A stretch of 64,000 nucleotides of DNA from the human T2T-CHM13v2.0 reference genome, Homo sapiens. Within the stretch, counting starts at the first letter, position 1; each line of letters opens with the position of its first letter. Below, in pieces: positions 31,743 to 45,135 of the stretch. The notes beneath the pieces are model-generated. The model was given only the letters and a program-made list of their open reading frames with translations. It searched no databases and was not told where the DNA came from. Both the position numbers and the translations under genes were made by a program. The DNA is taken from NCBI RefSeq assembly GCF_009914755.1, contig NC_060926.1; one strand, 5' to 3'.

Positions 31743-32370
31743 CCTTCTGCGAAGAAGTCGGCACCCAGTCCAGCTCCGAGACGGGTCGGGGTGGCAGCGA
31801 GGGAGGGGGCGTCTGGGCTGTGGGCGGGGGGTGTCTGTGCGTCACTCGAGTACAGGACGGTGAGTTCGAGGGGTGGGAGCGCAGAGGAGCGGGGAAATCA
31901 AGTCACGGCCGAAAAGGGAGAAGGAGAAACGGAGGGGTGGGGTGATGGAGCGCCCCCTCCCTAAAATAAACCCACCGGCCCCTACGATCTCTGCCCCAGA
32001 GAGGGAAAATAAAATCAGGGGAAATAATAGACCAACCAATAAATCTCTAAAACGACGAGGAGCGAGGAACAGACTTTAATTTAAAGGGGGGAAAATTGAG
32101 CGAGGGCTGGAGGGGAGACAGAGGGAAGCGGCTCTGGGTCTATCCCATGCCTTTGCAGTCCCCAGGCAGAGGAGGAGGCTGGCTGAGGGGAAGTTGCAGC
32201 GGCTCCCGAGGAGGAGGAGGAGAAGGAGGAGGAGGATGTTACACCGTAACAAGTACAGACAGACAGCCATGGATCAGAGGGGCGCTGCAAGCAGGAGCAG
32301 GGGCGGCCGCGGCGGGGCGAGCGGCGGCGGGCGGCAGCACCGCCTGCTCGGCTCGCTCAAGACATTTAAT
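31743..32370 (-). other. Probable non-coding first/5'UTR exon of an unidentified minus-strand gene (5' boundary uncertain)
   Basis: Strong donor AGG|GTGAGT (exon end 31743) at the island edge, followed by >31 kb of repeat-rich intron-like sequence with no recognisable CDS. Confidence 0.6.
32208..32236. repeat. (GGA)n / (CCT)n trinucleotide tract
   Basis: gaggaggaggaggagaaggaggaggagga. Confidence 0.9.
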
Positions 32371-32398
32371 TGGATTGATGGGTTGTGCAGTGACTCAC

Positions 32399-32545
32399 AG
32401 ACTTTACAGAGTCGTACAGCAATCCCCGCCCAGCTGGACAGGGGTGATGCGGCGGGGACGGGCGGGGTAAGGGGGCCGAGAAAGAGCTGAGCTAGGAGGC
32501 GGCGACGAGAGGGTGAGGAGCTGAGGGGGCGGAGCGGAGCGGAGC
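32399..32545 (-). other. Possible alternative upstream first exon
   Basis: Donor TCT|GTGAGT (exon end 32399) ~150 nt downstream of the CCAAT/GC-box cluster on the minus strand. Confidence 0.45.
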
Positions 32546-34466
32546 TACCCAATGGTGAGGCCCATCGTTCCGACGGGCGTGGGCCTCGACCTATGGCGGC
32601 GCGGCTCGTTAAGCGGCTGGCTGCACCCCTGGCCCAATGAGTCTTCTAAGGACACTGCCGCGAGCGGGGCGGGGGCAGTGGAGTGGGGGGTGGGGAGAGG
32701 TGGGTGGACGTTCAAGTGTGGGGTGGAGGGAAGGAGGAGGCGCCGGAGACCCGCGGAGTCACTCGGCCCTCCTCGCTCCAGAAGTGCGCCTTCTGCCAAT
32801 CCGAGCGCCTCGCGGGAGTGATGGACGCGAGCGTGTGGCCAATGGGGAGGAGAGGGCTTCCGCAGCCGGCCAGAGGGGAAGGAGCGGGCGGGCCCGGCCT
32901 CCTCCTCTCCACCAGCTCCTCTCCGGGCCAGCCCTCCCCTCCCGCGCGGCTCGGGTCAGTCACGCAAATAACAGTGTGAGGGCCGGGGCTGCGCGGGGGG
33001 GCGGCGGCCCGCTGCTGGCTGCGTGACAGCGATGGGGACTGGCTGTGCTGCCTACTCTGATCCGGCAGGAGGAGGCGGCGGCGGAGGCTGGCTCCTAACT
33101 CTGCGTGCAGGCGGCGGCTGCTGCTCAGACTCTGCCTGGCGCTGCCGGGGAGCCCCTACGGCCAAACCCCACTCCCGGGGGACAGCCAGATTTGGAGTGA
33201 ATCAGATCACGCAGTGCCCACTCTTGGAGACCGCTCCGGGGGAAGTCCGGCGGGGCTGTGTGCTGGGATCTGAGGAGGCTGGAAGCCGTAGGCGGGAGGC
33301 TTGGCCGTGACATTTGCCCCTTGCTTGCTTGCCTGTTTTCTGGGAAAGTCAGGGTAGGGTGTGGGCAGGTCGAAACAGCTCCTGAATACGTCCTGTTGCT
33401 TTACTGAGTTTCTGGAAAAGGCACTTCTTAACCTGGTATGAGCGAAGCTGTAAATGCATGTCGATACCTCAGCTTCCTCCAACCCTCCCTCCCGCACGGA
33501 TCTTCCTCCCACTGGCTCACCTTGAACCCTGACGTCGGTGCTCCGCAGCACCCACTACTAGATCTTCTCCTCCCTGCTGATTCCCAGGAGTTATGGCTTT
33601 TCACAGTTTCTTGGCTACTGTCCAGCAATCATTTTACAGACCTTAACCCTTTACACACCCTTGTACTTGAAAGTACTGTAACTGTAACCACCAATAAACC
33701 TGAATGGAGATGTTCACTAAAGCAAATACACTGGCAAGAACCCACCTTCTTCCCCACAGGTGCATTTCTGCACGTAATTTGAGACTTAAAGACAATTGCT
33801 TCTGTGAAGAAACTAAGGAAAGGCAAATTAGACACTGTATCTCTACTCAAATTCACTTAGAATACCCGACATCCCCTTTCCACAAAGGAGTCATCTGGAG
33901 AGACCTAGGAATAATTTAGCTTTGGAGTCTTGAAGTGAGCGAAATCTTTACATACGTGTGTGTGTATGTATATATATGTATATATTTCAAATATATATAT
34001 GAAATTGAAACCTACAGTGCTCTGGAATTCAGAAGAGAGATACTAAGTGAACACAAAGGTTTACTTTGGTCATATTGGGACCTTCCTTGATTATTGTCAT
34101 TTTAGGATACAGATCCTTCCCCTGGGCCTGTTAAGACATACAGCCTGACACTTCTTTTCTCTTCCCTTTCTGATTTTAGCCCTACTCCATGATTTCTTTC
34201 AGTAATCCTGAGTCCACTTACAAAAATGAGCTGTGCCACAAACTTCTTGTAGCACACAGCTTGTGTATGTGTTGCCTCTCAGTATGCTGAAACTCCTTTG
34301 GAATTCCACAGTGCAGGAAGGCCAGTGTCCTCATCCCAAGACATGATTTGCAAAAAGTGGACAGTGTTCCCTTAGCCAGGTCACCCTGTGGTAAGTGAAA
34401 CAAATTAGATCCCTTGTGTGGGAAAAATTCACTTCTTTTCCAAAGTGGGTTATTGAACTACATTTA

Positions 34467-34844
<378 letters not shown>

Positions 34845-35379
34845 TCATGACTCAGGTGACTATAATTGATCAGAGTATTGTTTTACATATGAATAACCCT
34901 GAAGAAGATTTTGAATCTTCTTCATACACTAGAATGTAGTGCGTAGTATGTAGTTGAGTAGACATTCACTAGTATCTTTCAGAGGATCTGCAAATACCTA
35001 GGGTTAGCATCTTGTGGCAGAAGCTGCCCCTGTGTCAGTTGTTACTGGCATGCATCCAGGCCCTACCGTGTGCCTTCTAATTTTGTGCTCTCCTTAGTCC
35101 AGTGTTTCTTAAAGGGAAGACACACCCAAATTCCTGGATCTGCTGAAACCTATTGAGTTATCATCTCTGTAGGCTCTACCTGGACATCTGCTCTTTAAAC
35201 AAATATCCCAGGTGACTTGAATAAATATTAACATTTTAAAATATTAAAATACTAAAATAAATATTTGATTTGAGAACCCTTGTTTATTCCTTTGTTTTGA
35301 AAATTTGAGACCCCCTGTTTATTTCTTCCTTTCCTCCTCTTCCTTTCTTATGTGTATCTATTTCTATTTCCTTTCTCCC

Positions 35380-35675
35380 TTTTTTTTTTTTTTTTGAGAC
35401 GGAGTCTCGCTCTGTCACCCAGGCTGTAGTGCAGTGGCACGATCTCGGCTTACTGCAACCTCTGCCTCCCAGGTTCAAGTGATTCTCCTGCCTCAGTCTA
35501 CTGAGTAGCTGGGATTACAGGCGCGCGCCACCATGCCCAGCTAATTTTTGTATTTTTAGTAGAGACGGAGTCTCACCATGTTGGTCAGGCTGGTCTCAAA
35601 CTCCTGACCTTGTGATCTGCCCACCTCGGCCTCCCTTAGTGCTGTGATTACAGGCATGAACCACCGCGCCCGGCC
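35380..35675 (-). mobile_element. Alu (AluS-like)
   Basis: Poly(T) plus antisense dimer. Confidence 0.95.
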
Positions 35676-36434
35676 TATATTTTCTACCTCTCATTTTTGT
35701 GCTCACTTCCCCTTCTACACTGCTTGCACACAGGCCTTGCGGGGAAGGAGTGATCCCTAAAAAAGAGGATGAAGATGGCCAATAGTCTTCTATAAATAAC
35801 ATGAGCATACCTCATAACTACAGCACTAAGAAGTATGGGCAAGTCAAATAAAGATCATATATGCCTGAAAAAAAAATCACTGTAATTGATGTTGTATATG
35901 AATTGTAATATGTGAGAAGCTTACTAGTTTATGATCTTAAAATACACAGAGACAGAATTTTTTCTATGTAGGAACATTTCAAAATGCAAATTTCAATGTA
36001 TTAATTTCAACAACTATAGTATTATAGTATTATTGTCATTTTTCTTCCAAACAGTGAGATGTACTAGTGATGTACTGGTAGTATACTAGTGATGTAATAG
36101 TGATGTACTAAGGCTGTGATGGTTATTTAAAAGATAAAGTACTATATGAGATTTTTGGTGTCTCAAATGGCTTACAATCTATTTGAGAGGCTCAAAAGTA
36201 CACACATGCAACATTAAAACAGGAACCTGAGGAAACGTGTAGGGAGGCTTTAAGTGTGTTTGTCAGAGATAAGCAGAATTTGGTTCATTTCTATATAGTT
36301 TTCCTCTTGCTTATCTCTACTTTCTAATCTGTTGTGATTATGAGTTGGATGTCTTTTTTAAAATCTGAAAAACAAACAGTATGTCATAATAAAAGATTTC
36401 CTTTTTATTGTTATTTATATATTTATGATTGTAG

Positions 36435-36705
<271 letters not shown>

Positions 36706-37593
36706 AGCTCCTTTTAAACAGATTTGAACATATACTACCCACGTAGATCAGGAAGCAAAAGCAAATCCTCTATCAAGGATAAAGGATTCCACCCAGACCT
36801 CATAGAATTTCTACATATAAAGCCTAGGCAAACATGAGCTCACAATCCAAATTACAAAACAAATGAAGAAAAAGGCCATTGTGAGCAAAAGAAGGTTGAG
36901 GGAAAAACTTTTTTTAAACCTACACAGCCAAATTAGATTCTCAATCTGAAAAAAGAACAGATCAAGAAAAGAATAGGCCCATTTCACTTATGAACATAGA
37001 TGCAAAAATTATAGGTAAAATACTAGCAAACTAAATCCAACATGCTTATTACAGTGAGCTAGGAGAAACCTTAAAACGTATTTCCCTGTCTTTAGAATGC
37101 ATTTATCTGACTAGCCACCTATCTAGTCCTCTATCATGAAAACATAATAAATTAGGTAGACTTTACTCCAGAAATTCAAGTATGATTTAACATCAGAAAG
37201 TCTATCAATATAATCCATTTCAAAAGACTAAGAAAAAGCATTTGAGAGAGTATATAACTTATTAATGATAAAAACTTTTATAAGATTAGGAATAGAAGGA
37301 AATTTACTTAACCTCATAAAGGACCAAAATGTACAGCAAGTACATTACTTAATGGATTAACTTTAAACACATTCCACATAAGTTTGAGATCAAGATAATG
37401 TTGCCTCTACTATTTAATATGACGCTGAAAGTTCTGGCTAACAGAATGATATTTTTTAAAGGAGGAGGAAATAGAAGAATTAGAAGGAAGGAAACTAAAT
37501 TTGGATTGTTTGCGGTAATACGATCAACCACGTAAAACATCCAATAGAAATAGCAAGCTATTAGAAATAATAAGCGTTCAGCAAGGTGACAGA

Positions 37594-38033
37594 GATGTTG
37601 TTCTCCCCTTCTTCCATAATACTAGGTTTTTTAGCAGGGCACAGGGCCAACCAGAATAAAAACAACATTTGCCAGCCTCCCTTGCAGCTAAGTATTGTCA
37701 TGCCCCAGGCAACGGGTTGTAAGCAGAAGTAGTGCATACATCCTTAAAGGGAGAAAGTGTGCCTTCATCCTCTTTCCTGTTATCTGGAATGCAGACATAA
37801 TGGCTGCAGTGTTAGCAGTCATTTTAGATCATAAGCTGACCTTGGATAGGGAAGCCACACATGGCAGAGCAACAAAACAGAAGACACCTGATATAACAGT
37901 ACCAGCCCTGAGTTATCTACTCACCAAACTTCTTGAATTTCTTGAATAAACCTCTGTCTCATCATGACACTTTTATTTCAGTTTGTGTTTGTGTGTTTGC
38001 ATTACCTATAGCCAAATCTAATCCCAACTGATA
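37594..38033. mobile_element. MaLR LTR (MLT1-like)
   Basis: ccagcctcccttgcagcta, ggaatgcagacataatggctgcag, tagccaaatctaatcccaactgata. Confidence 0.65.
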
Positions 38034-38065
38034 TAGCAAGATTCCCAAATAGAAAATCAATTCAT

Positions 38066-38352
38066 GGCCCTGCACAGTGGCAACACTTTGGGAGGCTAAG
38101 GCAGGTGGATCATCTGAGGTCAGGAGTTAGAGGCCAGCCTGGACAACATGATGAAAAACCCTGTGTCTACTAAAAATACAAAAATTAGCCTGGTGTGGTT
38201 GTGCATGCCTGAGTCCCAGCAACTCAGGAGGCTGAGGCATGAGAATTGCTTGAAGGATCAGAGGCGGAGGTTGCAGTGAGCCGAGATCACGCCACTGCAC
38301 TCCAGGCTCGGCAACAAAGTGAGACTTGGTCGCCAAAAAAAAAAAAGAAAAA
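38066..38352 (+). mobile_element. Alu (AluS-like)
   Basis: Dimer with 5' deletion; TSD agaaaatcaattcat. Confidence 0.92.
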
Positions 38353-38792
38353 GAAAATCAATTCATGGAAACTGAAAGTATTCATTCACACTTACACTAA
38401 CAAACTAGAAAATAAGATACTATTTATAAAAGCAACAAAACTATAAAGTATCCAGGAATTAACATATTTGAATTTATTGAAGGAATTCAAAGGAAACCCA
38501 AATAGAGGTATATATAATGTTTATGGATAAGATGATGTAACGTTATTAAGATCTCAATTATCTCTAAATGTGTTTATAAATTCAATGCAAACCAAACTTG
38601 TAGCAAGATTTGGGGAATTTAAACGTATTCTAAAATGCACATGGAAGACTAAATTTCTTTATAAGTCGGTCATTTTTTATAGTAGCAGACATACAGAACC
38701 ATGAAACAGAATAGAGAACTCAGAAACAACCCATTTACATAAGAGAATCTGATATGTGATCATGGTAACACCACAAATCCATGAGGAAATCA

Positions 38793-39236
38793 TGTTGAGT
38801 TAGTCAGCTATTGCTTGCTGCAATAATAATATTATGTAACAGATAATCCCAACTTATCAGTGGCTTATGGTAGTCATTTATTTTTCTCCCTTATGGGTCT
38901 GTATATGAACTGAGATTCAGCTCATCTCATCTGGGCTCCTTAAGACTTGGTTGGGTTCAGCTGAATTCAGCTGGACTTGGCTCCAGGATGCAGGTCAGAT
39001 TCAAGTCTTCACCACATGTCTCCTTCTGGCAAGAGGTCAAGCCAAATCATTCAAATACATTTAACACCTCTCCTCTCATCATATTCACCAACATTCCATT
39101 GGCCAAACAAGTCATATGGCCAAGTTGAACATCAATAGTGGAAGGTAATGCAAAACTTCATGCCAAAAGGCACAGGTGTATAATTGTAGAGCCAGGAGAA
39201 CAAGAAGGATTGGGAACAATAATCCAATGTAACACA
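38793..39236. mobile_element. MaLR LTR (MLT1-like)
   Basis: TG...CA bounded; ttagtcagctattgc, cagtggctta, ccattggccaaacaagtcatatggccaag. Confidence 0.6.
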
Positions 39237-40672
39237 GAGATTTGGTTTCATAGATAATGTTGGGGAAATTGATTCACTGTGAGAAAAATATAAAATTAAA
39301 CCCCTATCTCATACCATATGCAAAGGTGAGCTCTACATTAGCAACAACAACAAAAAAAAAAACCTAAAAGTAAAAGGTAAAACTAATAGAAATTAAAAAT
39401 AGAAGAATAGCTTTGTAATCTTAGGGTAGAAAAAAGAAGAAAAGCATTTAAACAAGACTCAAAGCATAAACTATAAAATCAAAAAAAGATGAACTTGATG
39501 ACATCAAAATTTTAAACTGTTCTGTTCAACAAAAAACATCATAAACAAGTTTAGAGAAAGTTGATAGATTGGAAAGTATTTTCAAAGGCTGAAGCCAACA
39601 AAAGATTAATATCTAGAATATACAGTATTAAGAATTCCTACAAATAACTGAGAAAAAAAAGAAATGCAATAGAAAAATAGCCAAAGGATATGAACAGGCA
39701 GATTTATAGAAGGGAACCTTGAGAGACTAACAAGTAGATGAAGAGATATCCAACCTCACTTATAATCAGATAACTGTACATAAAAACACCAAAATACTTA
39801 TTTACATCTATTAAATAGGCAAACGTGAAAGTTTAGTAATATCAAGTGTTGCCTAGGATAGGAAGAAATTTGAATCCTCCTGCTTTGTTATTGGGAGTTA
39901 AGTCCTGGTACAATCATTTTGGAGCATTAACTAACAATACTTAATGAAATATAGAATGTGGTAGAATGTATTTTTCCCGATGACCCAGCAGTTCCACTCC
40001 TGGGAATGTGCACCCCTAAGAAGCTCTTGCACAGGTCCTTAAGTGACCACAATTGAGGTGTTCATCACAGCAGCACTTGAGCTAGCCAGATATTGAAGGC
40101 AACCTTAGCATATACATCACCAGCACAATGGGTAAGTACGAGGTAATGGGTGCCATGGAACAACATGCAGCTGTTGGAAGTAATGCACTAAGTGTACATT
40201 TTGCAACATGGATACATTTTTTTAAATGTTTTATGAATTTTTTAAAAAAGGTAAACAGAACAAGATCACGTAAGCCCCAGGCCTTTGAATGTCTTTCCTA
40301 TAGGGTACATCTCTTTGTTTTTCATTTCTGCTTTTAGCTGGGACACTTTGAGGGAAGGGTAGGGTAGGTATTGTTACAATTCACTTCTGACAAATATTTT
40401 CTTCCAGTTCTCACATGAGGTTGAGGCAGATTTTCATGCAGTCCCCAGGCCCCCATGGTTTCTACCCTCATAGCATCCACCATCACCTTCCTGCTCCCCT
40501 TTTGCATGTTTAAAAGACATTTATCGATTATATGTTTTCTTCTCAGGCTGGGTGCAAGATGAGTGATGGCTGTTGAGGAGTGGGCCACAGTCTGAGATAT
40601 AGAAAACAATCCTGCTACTCTGCTATTCGTATCTGCTCACATCCCCATTTCCAAGTTAAAAACATACGAACA

Positions 40673-41153
<481 letters not shown>

Positions 41154-42248
41154 CTAAACATATATTTACTTATGTATCTTTGTACACCTCTTAATGTGCT
41201 GTCAGTTCTAATAATAACCATAAGGATAAAACAATAACAGTGATTATAATATCAACTTTGTGTCAATAAGCAAGCAGTAGGCACGAGGGCCATTTAGAGT
41301 TGAGAAGCATGAGATGAAAAAAGAGAGCCGAAGAAGATTAGGTTAAATATCAGAAATAGCTCCCTGAAATCAGGATTGATGAACAAATGGAGTTACCAAA
41401 AGGCTGGGGATACATGGGTAGTTTTCTGAAAAAAAATTTAAGGGTTTTCTAGCTAAAGACAGGGGAATGGATGAGATGGTTCTTGAAGTTTCTCCCAGCC
41501 CTGTTAGGTTATGAGCCCTCCAGTAGGCATGTTAAAAACAAAATCGTTTCCCACAAAGGTACGCTCAGAATAACGCCTGTTTGAATTATGCTGCTTTAAA
41601 AGCCAGTCTCTGCCCGAAGCTTTTCTTAAGGGCTATTACCAGTATACTAAATTCTGACCCTTAGTAATGGCTAGGATTTCATGGCCCTCAAACTCTCATA
41701 TGTAGGAGCTTGCCTGAGCTCAGGTAGGGAGCTCTACAGGAAGGCCCCTGTTGTGAGGCCCAGCTGCTCATACCCTTTCCTGGTGGACTAGCAGCAGCTG
41801 CAGGCAATTCTCCAGCAAACTTTGGGTCCCTGAATCTTGCAGAAGCCAGAATATGATCCTGCCGGGATGACTGTTCTCGGGATCGCATTTCTTACTATTC
41901 TCGCCTAGGGTCTGTAACACTCACCACCAGCTCCCAATATTGGGGCCTTAATGTTAGCTTGCATCTGTTTCATAAACCTGACCCTAAAAGGTCTAATGAT
42001 TTATCCAGCTGCAGTTTCTGTAACTCCTAGGAGCTGTTGATCAGTCATTCCATCTTTGCTCAGTAATTACTTACTGAGTTCCAGGGAGCCTTGGGAGACG
42101 TATTTGGAAAAGTAGACTGAGTCCAGATTATAGAGCATTAGATGCCTGGTTAAGAGTTTCAATTTATGGGATAAGACAATAGGGACCCTCTGGTGGTGGT
42201 TGAGAACTGGAAAAGCAAAATGAAGAGTGTTTTAAATTTAATTGAACA

Positions 42249-42880
<632 letters not shown>

Positions 42881-43280
42881 TTAATTGAACAAACACTTGT
42901 TGAGGAAAGGGACAAATAGCTATTAGGTCCTTATTACAAGAAAAAAGGAAAACACTGTGGTAAACCCAGGAGGAAGAAAAAAAGTCCCTGCCTTCAAGGA
43001 ATTTATAGCTGCTAGATTTTGTTCTGTTTTTGTTTTTAATATAGGGGGGTAGTGTTTTGAGGTATTAACCAATGTGGCTTTCCTGCATTTCCTATACTCC
43101 TGTCCATTTTCTTGGGGTACAGAGGTAGCACAGCAGAGATTTAGAAACAAAGAAAAGAATCGATTCTTGATTTGTAGTTTTCAAAATGAACTTTAAGAAC
43201 TCACAACAGAGACAATAGTTTTAAAGAAGAAGCGTGGGTTTTCATAAGTTACAATGCAACATGAATGACAGATTTTGAAG

Positions 43281-44185
43281 CAGGACAGCTACATAATTTG
43301 TGGAGCTTGGAAATAAAAAGGGCTGTTAAAGTACTAGAATATAAAGATGTTCCCTTTCTTCTGTAGTGTGTCTCCGAACTTGTGGTGTGGGTTTTTTTCA
43401 TTTATTTAACGTCATTCTAAGTTTTAAAAATGGAAAATTTAATTTATTAGCTTGACTATTATTGTTCATTTTTATATTGTGCACTACCAGTTTTAAGTGC
43501 AAATATAAGAGCATTTACTTTATAGTGGAATCACTGAAATTATCCAGTTCACATTTCAGCTTGTACATGCATATGCATTTTGTTCTTACCAGAATATTGG
43601 AAACACTGCACAACCAGCTCAATTGCTTTTATTCCTTGATATGTAAGCATTCTACCAACACTCTATCTTCAGCTTAGTGATGAGCAAGGAATGGCTGAAA
43701 GGAAAAAGAACTATACATTGCCCAATATTTCCCATTTCTTCTACGTCTTCATGTTCAGCATATGTGATTAGCTAATACAGGGAAATATAACAAGTAAGAA
43801 AAGATATATGATCCATTTCCCTGGTCATTCACATTTTTTAGAATGCCATTGCCTTTTTTTCTGCATTCAAAACAAGTTCTGGTTTGAATGGAAAATGTGA
43901 CCTCTCAGGGCTGTCAGCACCGCCACTTACCAATCAAAGATGAAACACACATGTCACTGAACCTCCGAACATTGTAAGACAACCAGAATTCTGGGCTTGT
44001 GGGGCAGCAAGGAACAGCAGATGTACAGCTGATGAATATCTCCTCTGCTTGTGCGCCATTGTCCCAGCAGACATCACCTACAAATCATAGGTTCAAAAGT
44101 AAAATTAAGACTTTCAAGATAGCACGGCAGAGTATTAAAACAAACCTGGGCCCTTCTGAGTGTGAGGCCCTGTACAACTGCAAGG
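43281..44185. mobile_element. hAT-Tip100 DNA transposon fossil (MER45 family-like)
   Basis: Ends cagctacataatttgtggagc and gggcccttctgagtgtgaggccctgtacaactgca resemble MER45 termini. Confidence 0.65.
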
Positions 44186-44844
44186 GATCTGTGATGCTAG
44201 CCATGTTTGGAAGAATAAATGAAGAGCCAGACTACCCAGCTGCAGACAAGATAATGATGCTGTGGACTGAGGGTAGGAGAGAAAGCCAGGGGCTCTAGAT
44301 ACGAATGTATCTCTGAGAAAGGGGGATCTGAGTCATGATCTTGGCTTCAACACTCCCATCTACCCATCAGGTCATTCCCCAGAAGCCCCTGGGAGGTTGG
44401 AAAATGAAAGCAGGAAAGAGCTGCTGTACCTTGCTGCCAAGGCTTTATATAATCCATTGAAACCTTGGAAAATATAGAAAATCCCAATAAAATAATTAAA
44501 CTATCTATAATCCTACCGTTCAGAGAGAGTCACTGTTCGAATTTTGGTTCCTAAGTGATTTGAAATATATTCGTACAAAATGTGTAAATGTAACAATATA
44601 TGGTAATCATTTCTCATAATACTGCATGTGCTTCTAGAAAATGATTTTTAAGTCAACATTGCTTTTTAAGGTGAGTATTTGGTGGTGGTTTGTACGATGA
44701 ATTCTGGAGGAAACAATCTGACAACAGAGAGCCTGGTCAGGAGAGAAACACAAGAATCCAAGAGGGGCACTATGGAGGCTTGCAGTGGAAAGAGGAAGGA
44801 AAGGACTGGATGGGGCTTAAAAAGATAGTGAAAAAAGCAAGTCA

Positions 44845-45135
44845 CCAAAGCTTCTATCTATATATAGTTCAAAAGCAGACAAAATTAAACACCATGTTAT
44901 TCAGTAATATATATGTAGGCAGTAAAACTACATAGAAAGATGAAATTCAGGATGATAGCTCCTGAGGTGGGGCCAGGGAGGCAAATGTGCTCAGAAATGG
45001 GCTCACAGTGACTTCCAAGGGGCTAGTAATGTTCTATTTCTTAAGCTGGGTGGTAGACACACGAGTGTCGATTTATGATTATTTCTTAAGCTGTACACTT
45101 TCATTTAATATACTCTTTTGTGTGCATGATATAAT
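44845..45135 (+). mobile_element. Old L1 3' end fragment
   Basis: atatagttcaaaagcagacaaaattaaac...gtaatgttctatttcttaagctgggtggt. Confidence 0.6.

Larger units (their letters stand above)
31560..33310. promoter_or_regulatory. CpG-island promoter, probably bidirectional
   Basis: Sharp rise in GC and CpG; GGGCGG boxes; CCAAT at 32036, 32549, 32634, 32796, 32839; YY1-like atggcggc at 32593. Confidence 0.9.
36950..40260 (+). mobile_element. Fragmented old L1 (L1M, ORF2 to 3' region), interrupted by LTRs and an Alu
   Basis: ORF2-type motifs ttatgaacatagatgcaaaaatt, ctatctcataccatatgcaaa, caaaggatatgaacaggca, tgacccagcagttccactcctggga. Confidence 0.75.

Noticed and set aside
31443-33551. Many overlapping 60-130 aa ORFs in the CpG island
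   Set aside because: Expected from stop-codon scarcity in GC-rich DNA; low-complexity G/R/A/P content and no domain.
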